From contig JAFGDQ010000047.1 of assembly GCA_016932015.1 (NCBI GenBank), positions 29,527 through 93,526 of the forward strand: 64,000 nt of DNA, in the 5' to 3' direction. Position 1 is the first letter of the stretch. Every line of letters starts with the position of its first letter. The position numbers and the translations under genes are program-made. Below, in pieces: positions 39,220-48,500 of the stretch. Origin of the DNA: Spirochaetota bacterium. Lineage in GTDB: Bacteria > Spirochaetota > UBA4802 > JAFGDQ01. The notes under the pieces were generated by a model. That model searched no databases. It worked only from the letters and a program-made list of their open reading frames with translations, and was not told where the DNA came from.

Positions 39220-39500
39220 CATTTATACAGAATCATTTCAGAACAAGGGCTTTTATATCGCAACAGCCTTTGTTCTGAATATTCCTTCACTGTTTTCCCC
39301 TTAAAAAGCAGTTGTAACACCTTAATTACTGTTATAGATATTTATCCGTTTGTTTATATTCTTCATCAAATCAAAACCAATTAATATAAAATCATTTTTA
39401 GTTACATGTTCCCGCAAAGCAGAAATAAATGAATTGAAGTTTTCAGGATTCATCTTTGCGATACTGGAGGCTGGAAATTGCCGCGGGGTAAAGCGGTATC
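39220..39500 (-). pseudogene. decayed fragment of an EgtD-like (Methyltransf_33) SAM-dependent methyltransferase
   Basis: The minus strand reads FPASSIAKMNPENFNSFISALREHVTKNDFILIGFDLMKNINKRINIYNSN*GVTTAF*GENSEGIF. It is gap-free collinear with the remembered family pattern FLGSTIGN...LLLGxDLxK...AYxDxxGVTAxFNxN. In-frame stops at 39322-39324 and 39301-39303. Both gene ends are missing. Confidence 0.45.
39237..39279 (+). terminator. long hairpin downstream of dsrC (terminator candidate without a clean U-run)
   Basis: TTCAGAACAAGGGCT (39237-39251) pairs with AGCCTTTGTTCTGAA (39265-39279), 15 bp including one G-U. Confidence 0.4.
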
Positions 39501-39580
39501 AGAGACTGTTTTCGGGAGTTTTGTCAGTGAAGTAACCTGTTAAGCCCGAATATAAATTTTGAAAAAATATAGATTTTATT

Positions 39581-39982
39581 TTAATCGCAGAATGATTTTA
39601 GTGATTTTGTAACGTCCGGAAATTTTTTTAGCAGCTGTTTATCTGAAGTTATTAATGGAATTTGCAAACCTATTGCAGTTGAAACAAATTCACAGTCATA
39701 AGCTGAACAGTTGCTTTCATTAGCAAGTTTAAGTACAGCTGAAGAAGAAACTTTGTATTCTCTTTCTTTTAATAATTCAAGAGCATTATTCATAATTTGA
39801 TTTGCCTGACTTAATAGAAGGATCTTTTTCCGTAAATAAAGGCTCAAAACATTACGAAGTTCACTGCGCCAGAGTAAAGGAGCATACCATTCATTATCCT
39901 TTATAAATGCTTGTTCTGAAAGTTGTGATTGTTCACTGGACAGAAACAGGTAGCCAATTACATTTGTATCTACAACTATCAT
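39581..39982 (-). CDS. vapC: PIN-domain toxin VapC
   Basis: MIVVDTNVIGYLF N-terminus and the remaining PIN acidic positions. 133 aa. 4-nt overlap with the upstream antitoxin. Confidence 0.8.
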   Translation of the reverse strand: MIVVDTNVIGYLFLSSEQSQLSEQAFIKDNEWYAPLLWRSELRNVLSLYLRKKILLLSQANQIMNNALELLKEREYKVSSSAVLKLANESNCSAYDCEFVSTAIGLQIPLITSDKQLLKKFPDVTKSLKSFCD

Positions 39983-40221
39983 AAACGCCCTTCGGTTTTA
40001 GCATGATTAAAAGAATCATCATTGATTGGATGTTCTACTGTCAGTTTTCGAAGTTGACTGGCATTCTCAATCAGTTCATTAGAATTAAGACGGTGGCATG
40101 CTACGCTGTTTTCAATGCATTTAATAATTTCACTATTAATAGAACGCAGATTCATTTCTGCACTTTCTTTCAGGCGTTTATAAAGATTGTCCGGAATATT
40201 TTTAACTGTTATTGTTGCCAT
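39979..40221 (-). CDS. vapB: ribbon-helix-helix antitoxin (VapB/FitA-like)
   Basis: Start reset to the ATG at 40221. MATITVKNIPDNLYKRLKESAEMNLRSINSEIIKCIE is a typical RHH N-terminus. Confidence 0.6.
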   Translation of the reverse strand: MATITVKNIPDNLYKRLKESAEMNLRSINSEIIKCIENSVACHRLNSNELIENASQLRKLTVEHPINDDSFNHAKTEGRL

Positions 40222-40390
40222 GAGAATCATTCCTTTTGGTTTCATTCTGGTATAAAAATACAACCATTGAATAATAATCGTCAAGTTAAAATAAATGATT
40301 TTTAATATCTATCAGAAAAATACAAATTAATTCTGGATATAATATGTAATTTATCCATCCAAATAAAATTCTATTAATTCTAAATTATTG

Positions 40391-40398
40391 TCCGATAA
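40391..40398 (+). promoter_or_regulatory. sigma-28-like -10 element upstream of flgN-flgK-flgL
   Basis: TCCGATAA matches GCCGATAA at 7 of 8 positions, about 47 nt before the flgN ATG. The -35 half is poor. Confidence 0.3.
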
Positions 40399-40444
40399 AT
40401 AATAAATAGAAGTAGCAGGATTATGTCAATCCATGGAGGGATAA

Positions 40445-40933
40445 ATGTCTGAGAACCTGACTGAACTAACATATATAATCAGTGAAGAGCTTGGTCTTTT
40501 CAATCACATACTTAATCTTGAGCAGGAAAAGAGCGATGCCATAATTAATAAAAACGGCATGCTTCTGGAGAAGCTGAGCAGAGAGCAGGAAAAATACCTC
40601 GAAAAAATTGACCCCATTGAAACAGTAAGAAAACAAATTGCCGGCCATTATTCAGGCAGTTCCGATTACGATGCTACACTGAAGGATATTGCCATTCAGG
40701 AAGGGGAAGATGATTCTCTTCTGGTCAAGAAAGGCACTGAATTAAAAAGAACACTCGAAAAGATCAAATCCTGCCAGAGTACGAATCTAAGAATGATAAA
40801 TGACAATCTGGAGTTTTTCAGCCGCATGATGAATGAGCTGAAGGAACAGGCTATGCCTGAAACAGGATATGGCAGGGACGGTGCTGAAAAGGGAAACAAG
40901 GTAAATCCCCTGCTTCTGGATAAAAAGATTTAA
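40445..40933 (+). CDS. flgN: FlgN-like flagellar chaperone
   Basis: Helical 162-aa protein immediately upstream of flgK. LFNHILNLEQEKSDAIINKNGMLLEKLSREQE fits the FlgN pattern. Confidence 0.5.
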   Translation: MSENLTELTYIISEELGLFNHILNLEQEKSDAIINKNGMLLEKLSREQEKYLEKIDPIETVRKQIAGHYSGSSDYDATLKDIAIQEGEDDSLLVKKGTELKRTLEKIKSCQSTNLRMINDNLEFFSRMMNELKEQAMPETGYGRDGAEKGNKVNPLLLDKKI

Positions 40934-40945
40934 GGAGAGTCTCAA

Positions 40946-42850
40946 ATGAACTCAACATTTATGGGAATTGAGATAGGGAAAAAAGGACTGCTGTCGCATC
41001 AGCAGGCGCTTCATGTCACAGGCCATAATATATCAAATGCCGCGAACAGGGAATATTCAAGGCAGAGAGCGGTTATAACTGCAGCAGATCCTCTTTATGT
41101 GCCCGCGCTGAACAGATCCAATACTCCCGGCAATATAGGCCAGGGTTCGGTAATATCCATTGTTGAGAGAATAAGAGACTCTTTTATCGATGACCGCATT
41201 AATGTTGAAAAGGATGCTCTTGGATACTGGAAAACAAAGAGCGATTTTGTTTATCAGGCAGAGATTATTTATAACGAACCTTCGGATCAGTCGATCAGAA
41301 GTCGTCTGGACGAACTGTGGCAGGGCTGGGAGGAACTTTCAAAATACCCGGAAGAAAGGGCAACCCGTGAAGTAACCAAAGAGAAAGCGGTAAACCTGTC
41401 AAATGAAGTCAAACATGTATATAGTCAGCTGTATAATCTGCAGCAGGATGCTAACAGACAGGTATTCCATACTGTTGAGAAAATCAACGTATATGCAAGG
41501 GATATACGCGACCTTAATGAGAGAATTCTCAAAGCTGAAGCACTCGGAGACAATCCTAATGACCTTAAAGACAGACGTGATGCCCTGATTGAAAAGATGT
41601 CGGAGATTGTCAATATCTCAGTAGGAAGAAATGATAAGGACGAGCTTATAGTTTACATAGGCTCCGAGAACCTTGTGCAGGGGGAAGTCATAAGGCCGCT
41701 TGAAGCGGCAATTGATCCTGATAATAACGGTTATTATAAAGTTGTATGGGCAGGCACAGGCACTGATGTTAATGTTAAAGGCGGTTCGCTGCTGGGACTG
41801 ATAGAAGCAAGGGATATTCTGTTAAGGGATAATATAAACAGTATAAATGCTTTTGCCCTGAACCTTGTTGATCTTGTAAATGAAATACACAGGGACGGTT
41901 TCGGAAGGAACGGTGTTACTAATACCGACTTTTTCCGTTATATGACAGTTTCAGACAGCGTTGAAGGAAATCATGATATCAATAATGACGGTGTTGAGGA
42001 TGTTACTGCGATTTACAAAGTCGCGGGCAATAACAAACTCGATGCTTCTGCTGCTATAGGAATAAGAGGTAGTCTGATATTCTTGAGCAATGACGAATAT
42101 GAACTTGAGCAGCAGATTGACTATACGGAAAGCGACACTGTTAATACAGTGATGAAAAAAATAAATGACGCGCGTGTCGGAGTGGTCGCGTATCTTGATC
42201 ATAACGGGCATCTCGCTCTTAAAGGCACAATAGCAAAAGATGCTGATAAAAAGAATTTTATGATCAGGCATATGGAGGACTCAGGCCAGTTCCTTGTAGG
42301 CCTTTCCGGAATATTGAAAACAAGCGGGGCTCAGGGCGCTTTTGACTACAGGCGCATGAATGACATTATAAAATTTCTTCCGCAAAGGGAGCATATAACT
42401 ATAGCTCCGAAATATAATCCTGCGGCATATATGGCTGTATCTGATGATATTATGAGCAATACTGATCTCATTGCTGCTGCAAAAGGCAGGGATGTTGGCG
42501 GAACAGGCGACTTTAATACGGGCAACGGCATAGGTGACGGTTCAAACGCGCTCAGGATAGCTAATCTCCGTCATAAGAATGCGATGGTAGACAACAATAC
42601 GACATTTAATGATTTTTATACTTCACTGATTTCCAAAATCGGAGCACAGGGCGAAGAGGCAGGAGACAGGGTGACAAATCAGGAGACTTTGCTTAAAAAT
42701 CTAACAAATCTTCGTGAGTCAGTATCCGGAGTTAACCTTGATGAGGAAATGTCGAACATGGTAATATTCCAGCACGGATACAATGCGACTGCAAGGGTTA
42801 TATCAACCTTTGATAAAATGCTGGAAACAATTATTCGAATGGGGGCATAA
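40946..42850 (+). CDS. flgK: flagellar hook-associated protein 1
   Basis: N-terminal GLLSHQQALHVTGHNISNA...YSRQR and C-terminal VNLDEEMSNMVIFQHGYNATARV. Confidence 0.9.
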   Translation: MNSTFMGIEIGKKGLLSHQQALHVTGHNISNAANREYSRQRAVITAADPLYVPALNRSNTPGNIGQGSVISIVERIRDSFIDDRINVEKDALGYWKTKSDFVYQAEIIYNEPSDQSIRSRLDELWQGWEELSKYPEERATREVTKEKAVNLSNEVKHVYSQLYNLQQDANRQVFHTVEKINVYARDIRDLNERILKAEALGDNPNDLKDRRDALIEKMSEIVNISVGRNDKDELIVYIGSENLVQGEVIRPLEAAIDPDNNGYYKVVWAGTGTDVNVKGGSLLGLIEARDILLRDNINSINAFALNLVDLVNEIHRDGFGRNGVTNTDFFRYMTVSDSVEGNHDINNDGVEDVTAIYKVAGNNKLDASAAIGIRGSLIFLSNDEYELEQQIDYTESDTVNTVMKKINDARVGVVAYLDHNGHLALKGTIAKDADKKNFMIRHMEDSGQFLVGLSGILKTSGAQGAFDYRRMNDIIKFLPQREHITIAPKYNPAAYMAVSDDIMSNTDLIAAAKGRDVGGTGDFNTGNGIGDGSNALRIANLRHKNAMVDNNTTFNDFYTSLISKIGAQGEEAGDRVTNQETLLKNLTNLRESVSGVNLDEEMSNMVIFQHGYNATARVISTFDKMLETIIRMGA

Positions 42851-42853
42851 GCC

Positions 42854-44116
42854 ATGCAGAGAGTAACAAATCAAATGCTTAATAATACTCTTAATTACAA
42901 CCTGAACAAGCATCAGGTTGCTATGGATAAATCCCAGGACAGGCTGGGTACAGGAAAGAATGTCAGAGTGCCGAGGGACAATCCCATTTCAACAACAAAC
43001 CAGATGATATACAGGTCCAGGATAACTGAGATAGAGCAGTATTTGAGTAATATAGATGAAAGTAAATCAAGACTGTCCGAGGTTGATATAACTCTGCAGT
43101 CCGCGCTTCGAATTTTTCACAGAATAAGAGTGCTGGCTGTACAGGGTGCCCACGGAATTTATACTTCATTTGAAAGAAAAGAGGCAGTGGCGACAGAGAT
43201 AAATCAGATGCTTGAGGAAATGGTTTCCATTGCGAACACAAGAGGCGCGACAGGCAGATCAATTTTCGGAGGGCATCAGACAGGCAGTCAGGAGATTCCT
43301 GATCCTTTTGTTCCGATCTATCAGACTCTTACTGCAGGCAATCAGGGTGACGCAATGACCGGTGTTGAGTACAGAGGCAATGCCGGCAATATTATGAGGG
43401 AAGTAGCAAACGGTGAATTTATAGATGTGGGCATTCCCGGAAACCGGGTTTTCTGGGCCACAAATCAGATTCTGACTTCCAATCTGGATTCAGGACAGTA
43501 TGCGTCTGAAACAAATCAGGTTATAAGAATTGACGGAACAGAAATAAATATTTCCGCAGGGGACAATCTTGATATAATTATTGATAAAATAAATTACGCG
43601 GGGCTGAGCGTAAAAGCTTCAAAGGGAGGCAGGAATAATATGATCCTTGAGACAACCAGCCCTCATCAGATCTGGCTTGAAGATGCGGGCAGCGGAAGAG
43701 TGCTAAAGGATCTTGGTCTTGTTAATACCGACTTTCCGAATCCGCCCAATAATATTGCTCCTACTGTTATTGTGGGCGGAATGTCTGTTTTTGAAATGAT
43801 GATTCAGCTCCGGGATGACCTTGTGCGCGGTGATCAGGAGCTGATCGGAGGACGGGACCTCGGGCTGATTGATATGGGTCTTGAAAATATTCTTAAAAAC
43901 ATTGCCTCTATCGGAGCAAGACAGAACAGGGCTGAGGAACTGGCCAAGCGCACTGAATTCGCGAAAGGCAATGTGCTTGAGCTGCTTTCCAAAACCGAGG
44001 GAATTGATGTTGCTGAAGAGATGATGAACTTTAAATGGCTTGAAAGCGTTCATCAGTATGCTCTTGCAGTCGGTGCAAAAACAATAAAGCCTACATTGAT
44101 GGACTTTTTAAGATAA
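42854..44116 (+). CDS. flgL: flagellar hook-associated protein 3
   Basis: Flagellin-like N-terminus (MQRVTNQMLNNTLNYNLNKHQVAMDKSQDRLGTGKNV) and C-terminus (RQNRAEEL...EEMMNFKWLESVHQYAL). Confidence 0.85.
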   Translation: MQRVTNQMLNNTLNYNLNKHQVAMDKSQDRLGTGKNVRVPRDNPISTTNQMIYRSRITEIEQYLSNIDESKSRLSEVDITLQSALRIFHRIRVLAVQGAHGIYTSFERKEAVATEINQMLEEMVSIANTRGATGRSIFGGHQTGSQEIPDPFVPIYQTLTAGNQGDAMTGVEYRGNAGNIMREVANGEFIDVGIPGNRVFWATNQILTSNLDSGQYASETNQVIRIDGTEINISAGDNLDIIIDKINYAGLSVKASKGGRNNMILETTSPHQIWLEDAGSGRVLKDLGLVNTDFPNPPNNIAPTVIVGGMSVFEMMIQLRDDLVRGDQELIGGRDLGLIDMGLENILKNIASIGARQNRAEELAKRTEFAKGNVLELLSKTEGIDVAEEMMNFKWLESVHQYALAVGAKTIKPTLMDFLR

Positions 44117-44185
44117 ACCGAAAGAATAATTAGATTTTTTTAAATCATTGTCTATATAATAAAAAGAAATTTTTAGTATTAATTA

Positions 44186-44365
44186 CGCAGACCTCACCCC
44201 TCGCCAAACAGAGATTGGCGTGTCTCTTCTCCTGGAAGAAGAGGGGTAAAAAAAGACAGGATACTGGCACGGGACGGTTCCTCCTTCTCGCACGGGAAGT
44301 CCTTCCCGAAGGGAGGCAGGAGGTTGCGCCATGCAAGGCATGGCGAAGGATGATGTCACTGAGGC
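44186..44365 (+). ncRNA. candidate structured RNA / GC-rich hairpin-dense element of unknown family
   Basis: Visibly above 50 percent GC inside very AT-rich flanks. Hairpins: CGCCAA/TTGGCG (44203-44220), CTCTTC/GAAGAG with a GGA in the loop (44224-44243), CTTCCC/GGGAGG (44302-44316), CGCCATGC/GCATGGCG (44327-44345). The strand call rests on one G-U pair and is weak. Confidence 0.35.
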
Positions 44366-44615
44366 AGATATATATACTTGTTATCCATACTTTCCATGCC
44401 TGCAACATAAAATATGTTTGCGTTATCATTAAATATTTCTAAAATTAGCTTAAAATAGTTTTTATTAATCCTGACGTAATGTAAAAAAATAGAATTTACA
44501 TTCTTAAAGCAGAGGAAATCTGATTTTTCCGGTATACACCCACCTGCTTTATGAATAATTAAAATATTATGAAAATATCTTTTGCTGCATTAACATCCAA
44601 GTAAGGGGGAAAGAC

Positions 44616-45074
44616 TTGGGAATTCTTATTCAAACAAAACCCTATGGGGAAATTGAAGTAGATGAAAAACAGATAATCAGTTTTCCGGAGGGAATTCTCG
44701 GTTTCGATTTTATTAAAAAATTCATAATACTCGATGCTGACGAGAATACTCCCTTTAAATGGATGCAGGCATATTCGGAACCGGATCTGGCTTTTATTAT
44801 AATACAGCCCGTATATTTTGTGCCGGACTATGAACTGCTTGTTTCTCAGAGCGATCTTGAGGCAGTAGAGTCGGAGGATAAAGACAAGCTGCTTGTTTTT
44901 TCAATTGTTACGATTCCTGCTGATCCGGCTGAAATGACTGCAAATCTTCAGGGCCCTGTTATTATCAATCCGGGAAAAAAAATCGGGAGGCAGATCATCT
45001 CCTTAAGCGATAAATATAAAGTTAAACACAAAATACTTGATGAAATGAAGAAAATCGAGCAGAAAGAAGGATAG
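44616..45074 (+). CDS. fliW: flagellar assembly factor FliW
   Basis: [25 protein letters not shown]...FIIIQP motif set. TTG start behind AAGGGGGA. Confidence 0.9.
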   Translation: MGILIQTKPYGEIEVDEKQIISFPEGILGFDFIKKFIILDADENTPFKWMQAYSEPDLAFIIIQPVYFVPDYELLVSQSDLEAVESEDKDKLLVFSIVTIPADPAEMTANLQGPVIINPGKKIGRQIISLSDKYKVKHKILDEMKKIEQKEG

Positions 45075-45078
45075 AGAT

Positions 45079-45330
45079 ATGCTAGTATTAGCCAGGAAGC
45101 TTAATGAAAGCATTATGATCGGGGATGACATTGAAATAGTTGTAATAGATATGAAAGGCGATCAGGTTAAGCTTGGAATAAAAGCGCCTAAAAAAATTGC
45201 AGTGCATAGAAAAGAGGTATATGAGGAAATACAGCTTGAAAATATTGCGGCATCAAGTTCAAAATTCAAACCGGAGCAGTTGAAGGACTTTACAGACTTC
45301 ATAAAAAGAAACAGGAAATCAAAGAACTGA
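45079..45330 (+). CDS. csrA: carbon storage regulator CsrA (long, FliW-partner type)
   Basis: [51 protein letters not shown]. 83 aa with a C-terminal extension. Confidence 0.9.
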   Translation: MLVLARKLNESIMIGDDIEIVVIDMKGDQVKLGIKAPKKIAVHRKEVYEEIQLENIAASSSKFKPEQLKDFTDFIKRNRKSKN

Positions 45331-45561
45331 TAAAAATAAATATTTATTTTATAATAATTTTACACTTCCAGCATTAACATTCCCGCAGCAGTTTAACTAC
45401 AAAATCGGACATCAGATGGCTGTTATCAGCTACTGTCTTCAATTTTTCTTTACCGGAATATTAAGGAAAAATTCTTTACTAATTTTAATCACTTGAATTT
45501 ATTTATATTTTATGTTTTTTATACCGTGTTAAATTAATCTGAATCAGAAGGTCAAATACAG

Positions 45562-48500
45562 ATGCAAGTCGGAATAGATGCAGGAGCTAAATTTTTAAAA
45601 ATCGTTTACAGGGAAGGCAGCGGCAGTATAATCCCCTATGCCTATTGCCAGCATTTCGGGAATCCGGAAAAAGAATTTTTGCGTTTAATCAGTGAAATAA
45701 ATGACCGGAATATTGAAAGGACGGTTTTCACCGGACTTCATGCAGAGCACCTTGCCGGAGTCTGCAGAGATGCTGAAACTGTTGATGAGATTTCGGCAAT
45801 GATCGAGACTATAGGATATCTGAATATAGGCTGTAAATATATAATAAACGTAGGAGCCGGTTCAATAAAGCTGATTGAGCTTGATAACGGTCGTTTTGCC
45901 TCCTATTCTGAAAATACACTTTGTGCTGCGGGTACAGGTTCTTTCCTTGATGAGCAGATGAACAGAATGAGCTTCACATACCCGGAGCTTGCAGGCCTGC
46001 CCTTTATTGATAATCCTCCTGATATTGCGACCAGGTGTGCTGTTTTTGCCAAATCCGATCTGATTCACAGGCAGCAGGAAGGCTATAGCAGGGAGGAGAT
46101 GTGGGCCGGATTATGCAGAGGTGTTGTTGCAACCATGTTTCAGTCCGTATTCAAAGGAGATATCCCGCCAGACACTATAATGTTCAGCGGCGGTCTTTTC
46201 CTGAATCCAATTATCCGTAAATGGGTTGAAAAGATTACCGGGAATCCGGTTTTTAATGATAACGGGCATTTCTTTTCCGCAATCGGAACCCTTATTGCTG
46301 AAGGCAAAGAAAAGAAATATGTATTATCTGCAAATAATGATTCAGCTGACAGCAGGAAGAAATTACAAATACTTGATCCCCCGAGTACTTCACAGCCGGA
46401 ACTGAAATTAGTTAAAGAGTATTTATCTGATGGGAATGAAGTAAGAATTCATAAAGACATTAATGACAGCCTGCATGCTGCAATGGGTATTGATATAGGT
46501 TCAACAAGTACAAAACTTGTAATAATTGATACATCAACGAAAGATGTTGTTATAGATATTTACCGCAGGACAGAAGGAAATCCGGTTGAGGCTGTAAAGC
46601 TGCTCTTTACTGAATTGAGAGAAATAATTAAAGGCAGGGAAATGATTATTTCAGGTGCAGGAACAACCGGGTCAGGCAGGAAGCTTGTCGGAAAACTGAT
46701 AAACGCAGACGCCATTGTAAACGAGATTACAGCGCATTTTAAAGGGGCAACTTATTTTGACAGTTCAATAGAGACGATTTTTGAAATCGGAGGGCAGGAT
46801 TCAAAGTACATAAGAGGACAGAACGGTATTGTAGCTGACTGCAACATGAATTTTGTATGCGCGGCAGGAACCGGGTCTTTTATTGAAGAACAGGTTAACA
46901 GGCTCGGCTTTGACATAAAAGAGATCGGGGACATAGTGCTTGGATTAAGGACACCGCATACATCGGACAGATGTACTGTGTTCATGGAGCAGGATATTAA
47001 TAAATTACTGAGAGACGGCTTTTCCAGAGAGGAGGTGCTTGCAGGAGTCATCAGGTCAATTGCTAAAAATTATCTTAACCGCGTTGTTGGCACCAGGCCT
47101 GTTACCGGAGACAGAATATTTTTTCAGGGAGCAACAGCAAGAAACAAAGGCCTTGTTGCAGCATTTGAGGCCATTACAGGAAAGCAGATTATGATATCTC
47201 CTTATTGTCATGTTATGGGAGCTTTCGGTGCAGCTCTTATTTCAACAGGCAAAACGGAGAACAAAAAGTCGAAATTCAGAGGACTTAATGTTCTTGAACA
47301 GAGAATTGAACTTGAATACAGCAAATGCGACAAGTGCTCCAACATGTGCAGAATTACCACTGCAAGGCTTGCTGACGGAGTCAGTGAGTCGTGGGGATTC
47401 ATGTGCGGTAAGGAAACTATTGAAGAGAACAGATATAATAAATCTACGGATTATTTTGCCAGAATGTCAGGTTTACTGAAAAAGCATATGAAACACGCGG
47501 GCAGAACAGTTCTTGTCAGCAAAAAGAATAAAAAGCAAATACCCGGGAAAATCGGCATTCCGCTTGTTTTGTCCATGTATAATCATATTCCTCTGTGGAA
47601 GACTTTTCTTGAGAAGCTCGGCTTTGAAGTGATTCTTTCGAACAGGTCTGATTCACAACTAAAGAAAAAGGCAATCAGTGTATCAAAAGCTGAATTCTGT
47701 TTTCCAATGAAACTTAGTCTTGCTCATTACAGGGAAATAACTGAAAATTCTGATATTGATATGATATTTTTTCCTACAACGCTGAGCGAGGCCAAACAGA
47801 AAAATAATATGCCCCGAATGCTTTGTCCGTATGTTATTTCATATCCTTCAGTTGCTAAAGAGACTCTGGGCGTAGACTGCAGAATTATTTCTCCGAGTAT
47901 TGATTTCAGACAAAAAAGAGAAGTTATCATAAAAGAATTGCATGAAAGATTTTTCGAATTCGGTTTTACCGAATATCAGATTGCAAAAGCGTATAGCACA
48001 GGACTGAAACAGCAGAGTGATTTTTTGAAAAGCAGATACAGTTACGGGCAGAAGCTTCTTAAAGAGCTGAAGGAAAAGAATGAAAAGGCAGTAATCTGCC
48101 TTGGTAGGCCGTATAATCTTTATGACAAGATTCTTAACCTCGGGCTTACGGAAAGGCTGCGTATAAATGATATAACGGTCTTTCCTTATGAATATCTTAT
48201 TGATCCTGATGAAAATGACCCTGATATTCCTCATATGTACTGGAATTACGGTGAGAAAATCCTGTCAGTTGCCGGGAAGATAAAAAAGTATGAAAATATT
48301 TATCATGTATATTTTACGAACTTTTCCTGCGGGCCTGACTCATTCATTCTAAGCAGGTTTGAAGAAATAATGCGGGGCAGGCCGTATCTGATTATTGAAC
48401 TGGATGAACACGGATCAGAAACAGGATATTTAACACGAATTGAAGCTTTTATGGATGTAATCAATGAGGATAAAAAATCAACCAGGATAGAGAAATCAAA

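Noticed and set aside
44265-44282. TGGCAC resembling a sigma-54 -24 element
   Set aside because: No GC dinucleotide at the required 10-nt spacing (TGGCACGGGACGGTTCC).
44186-44365. The GC-rich element as a known housekeeping RNA or common riboswitch
   Set aside because: It is too short for RNase P or tmRNA. It lacks the SRP GGAA/AGCAGCC helix-8 motif and does not form the single long 6S-type hairpin. I could not find the signature boxes of glycine, SAM-I, cobalamin, TPP, c-di-GMP or ykkC aptamers. This was judged from memory only, so a cmscan is still needed.
44145-44442. Two overlapping ORFs (94 aa on the minus strand, 75 aa on the plus strand) across the GC-rich element
   Set aside because: Both are Arg/Cys/Leu-rich with no protein-like pattern and no RBS. 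They exist only because GC-rich sequence lacks stop codons. A structured nucleic acid explains the region better.
44505-44536. Sigma-28-like TAAA ... CCGGTATA upstream of fliW
   Set aside because: The spacer is about 19 nt instead of about 15, and the -10 matches only 5 of 8 positions.
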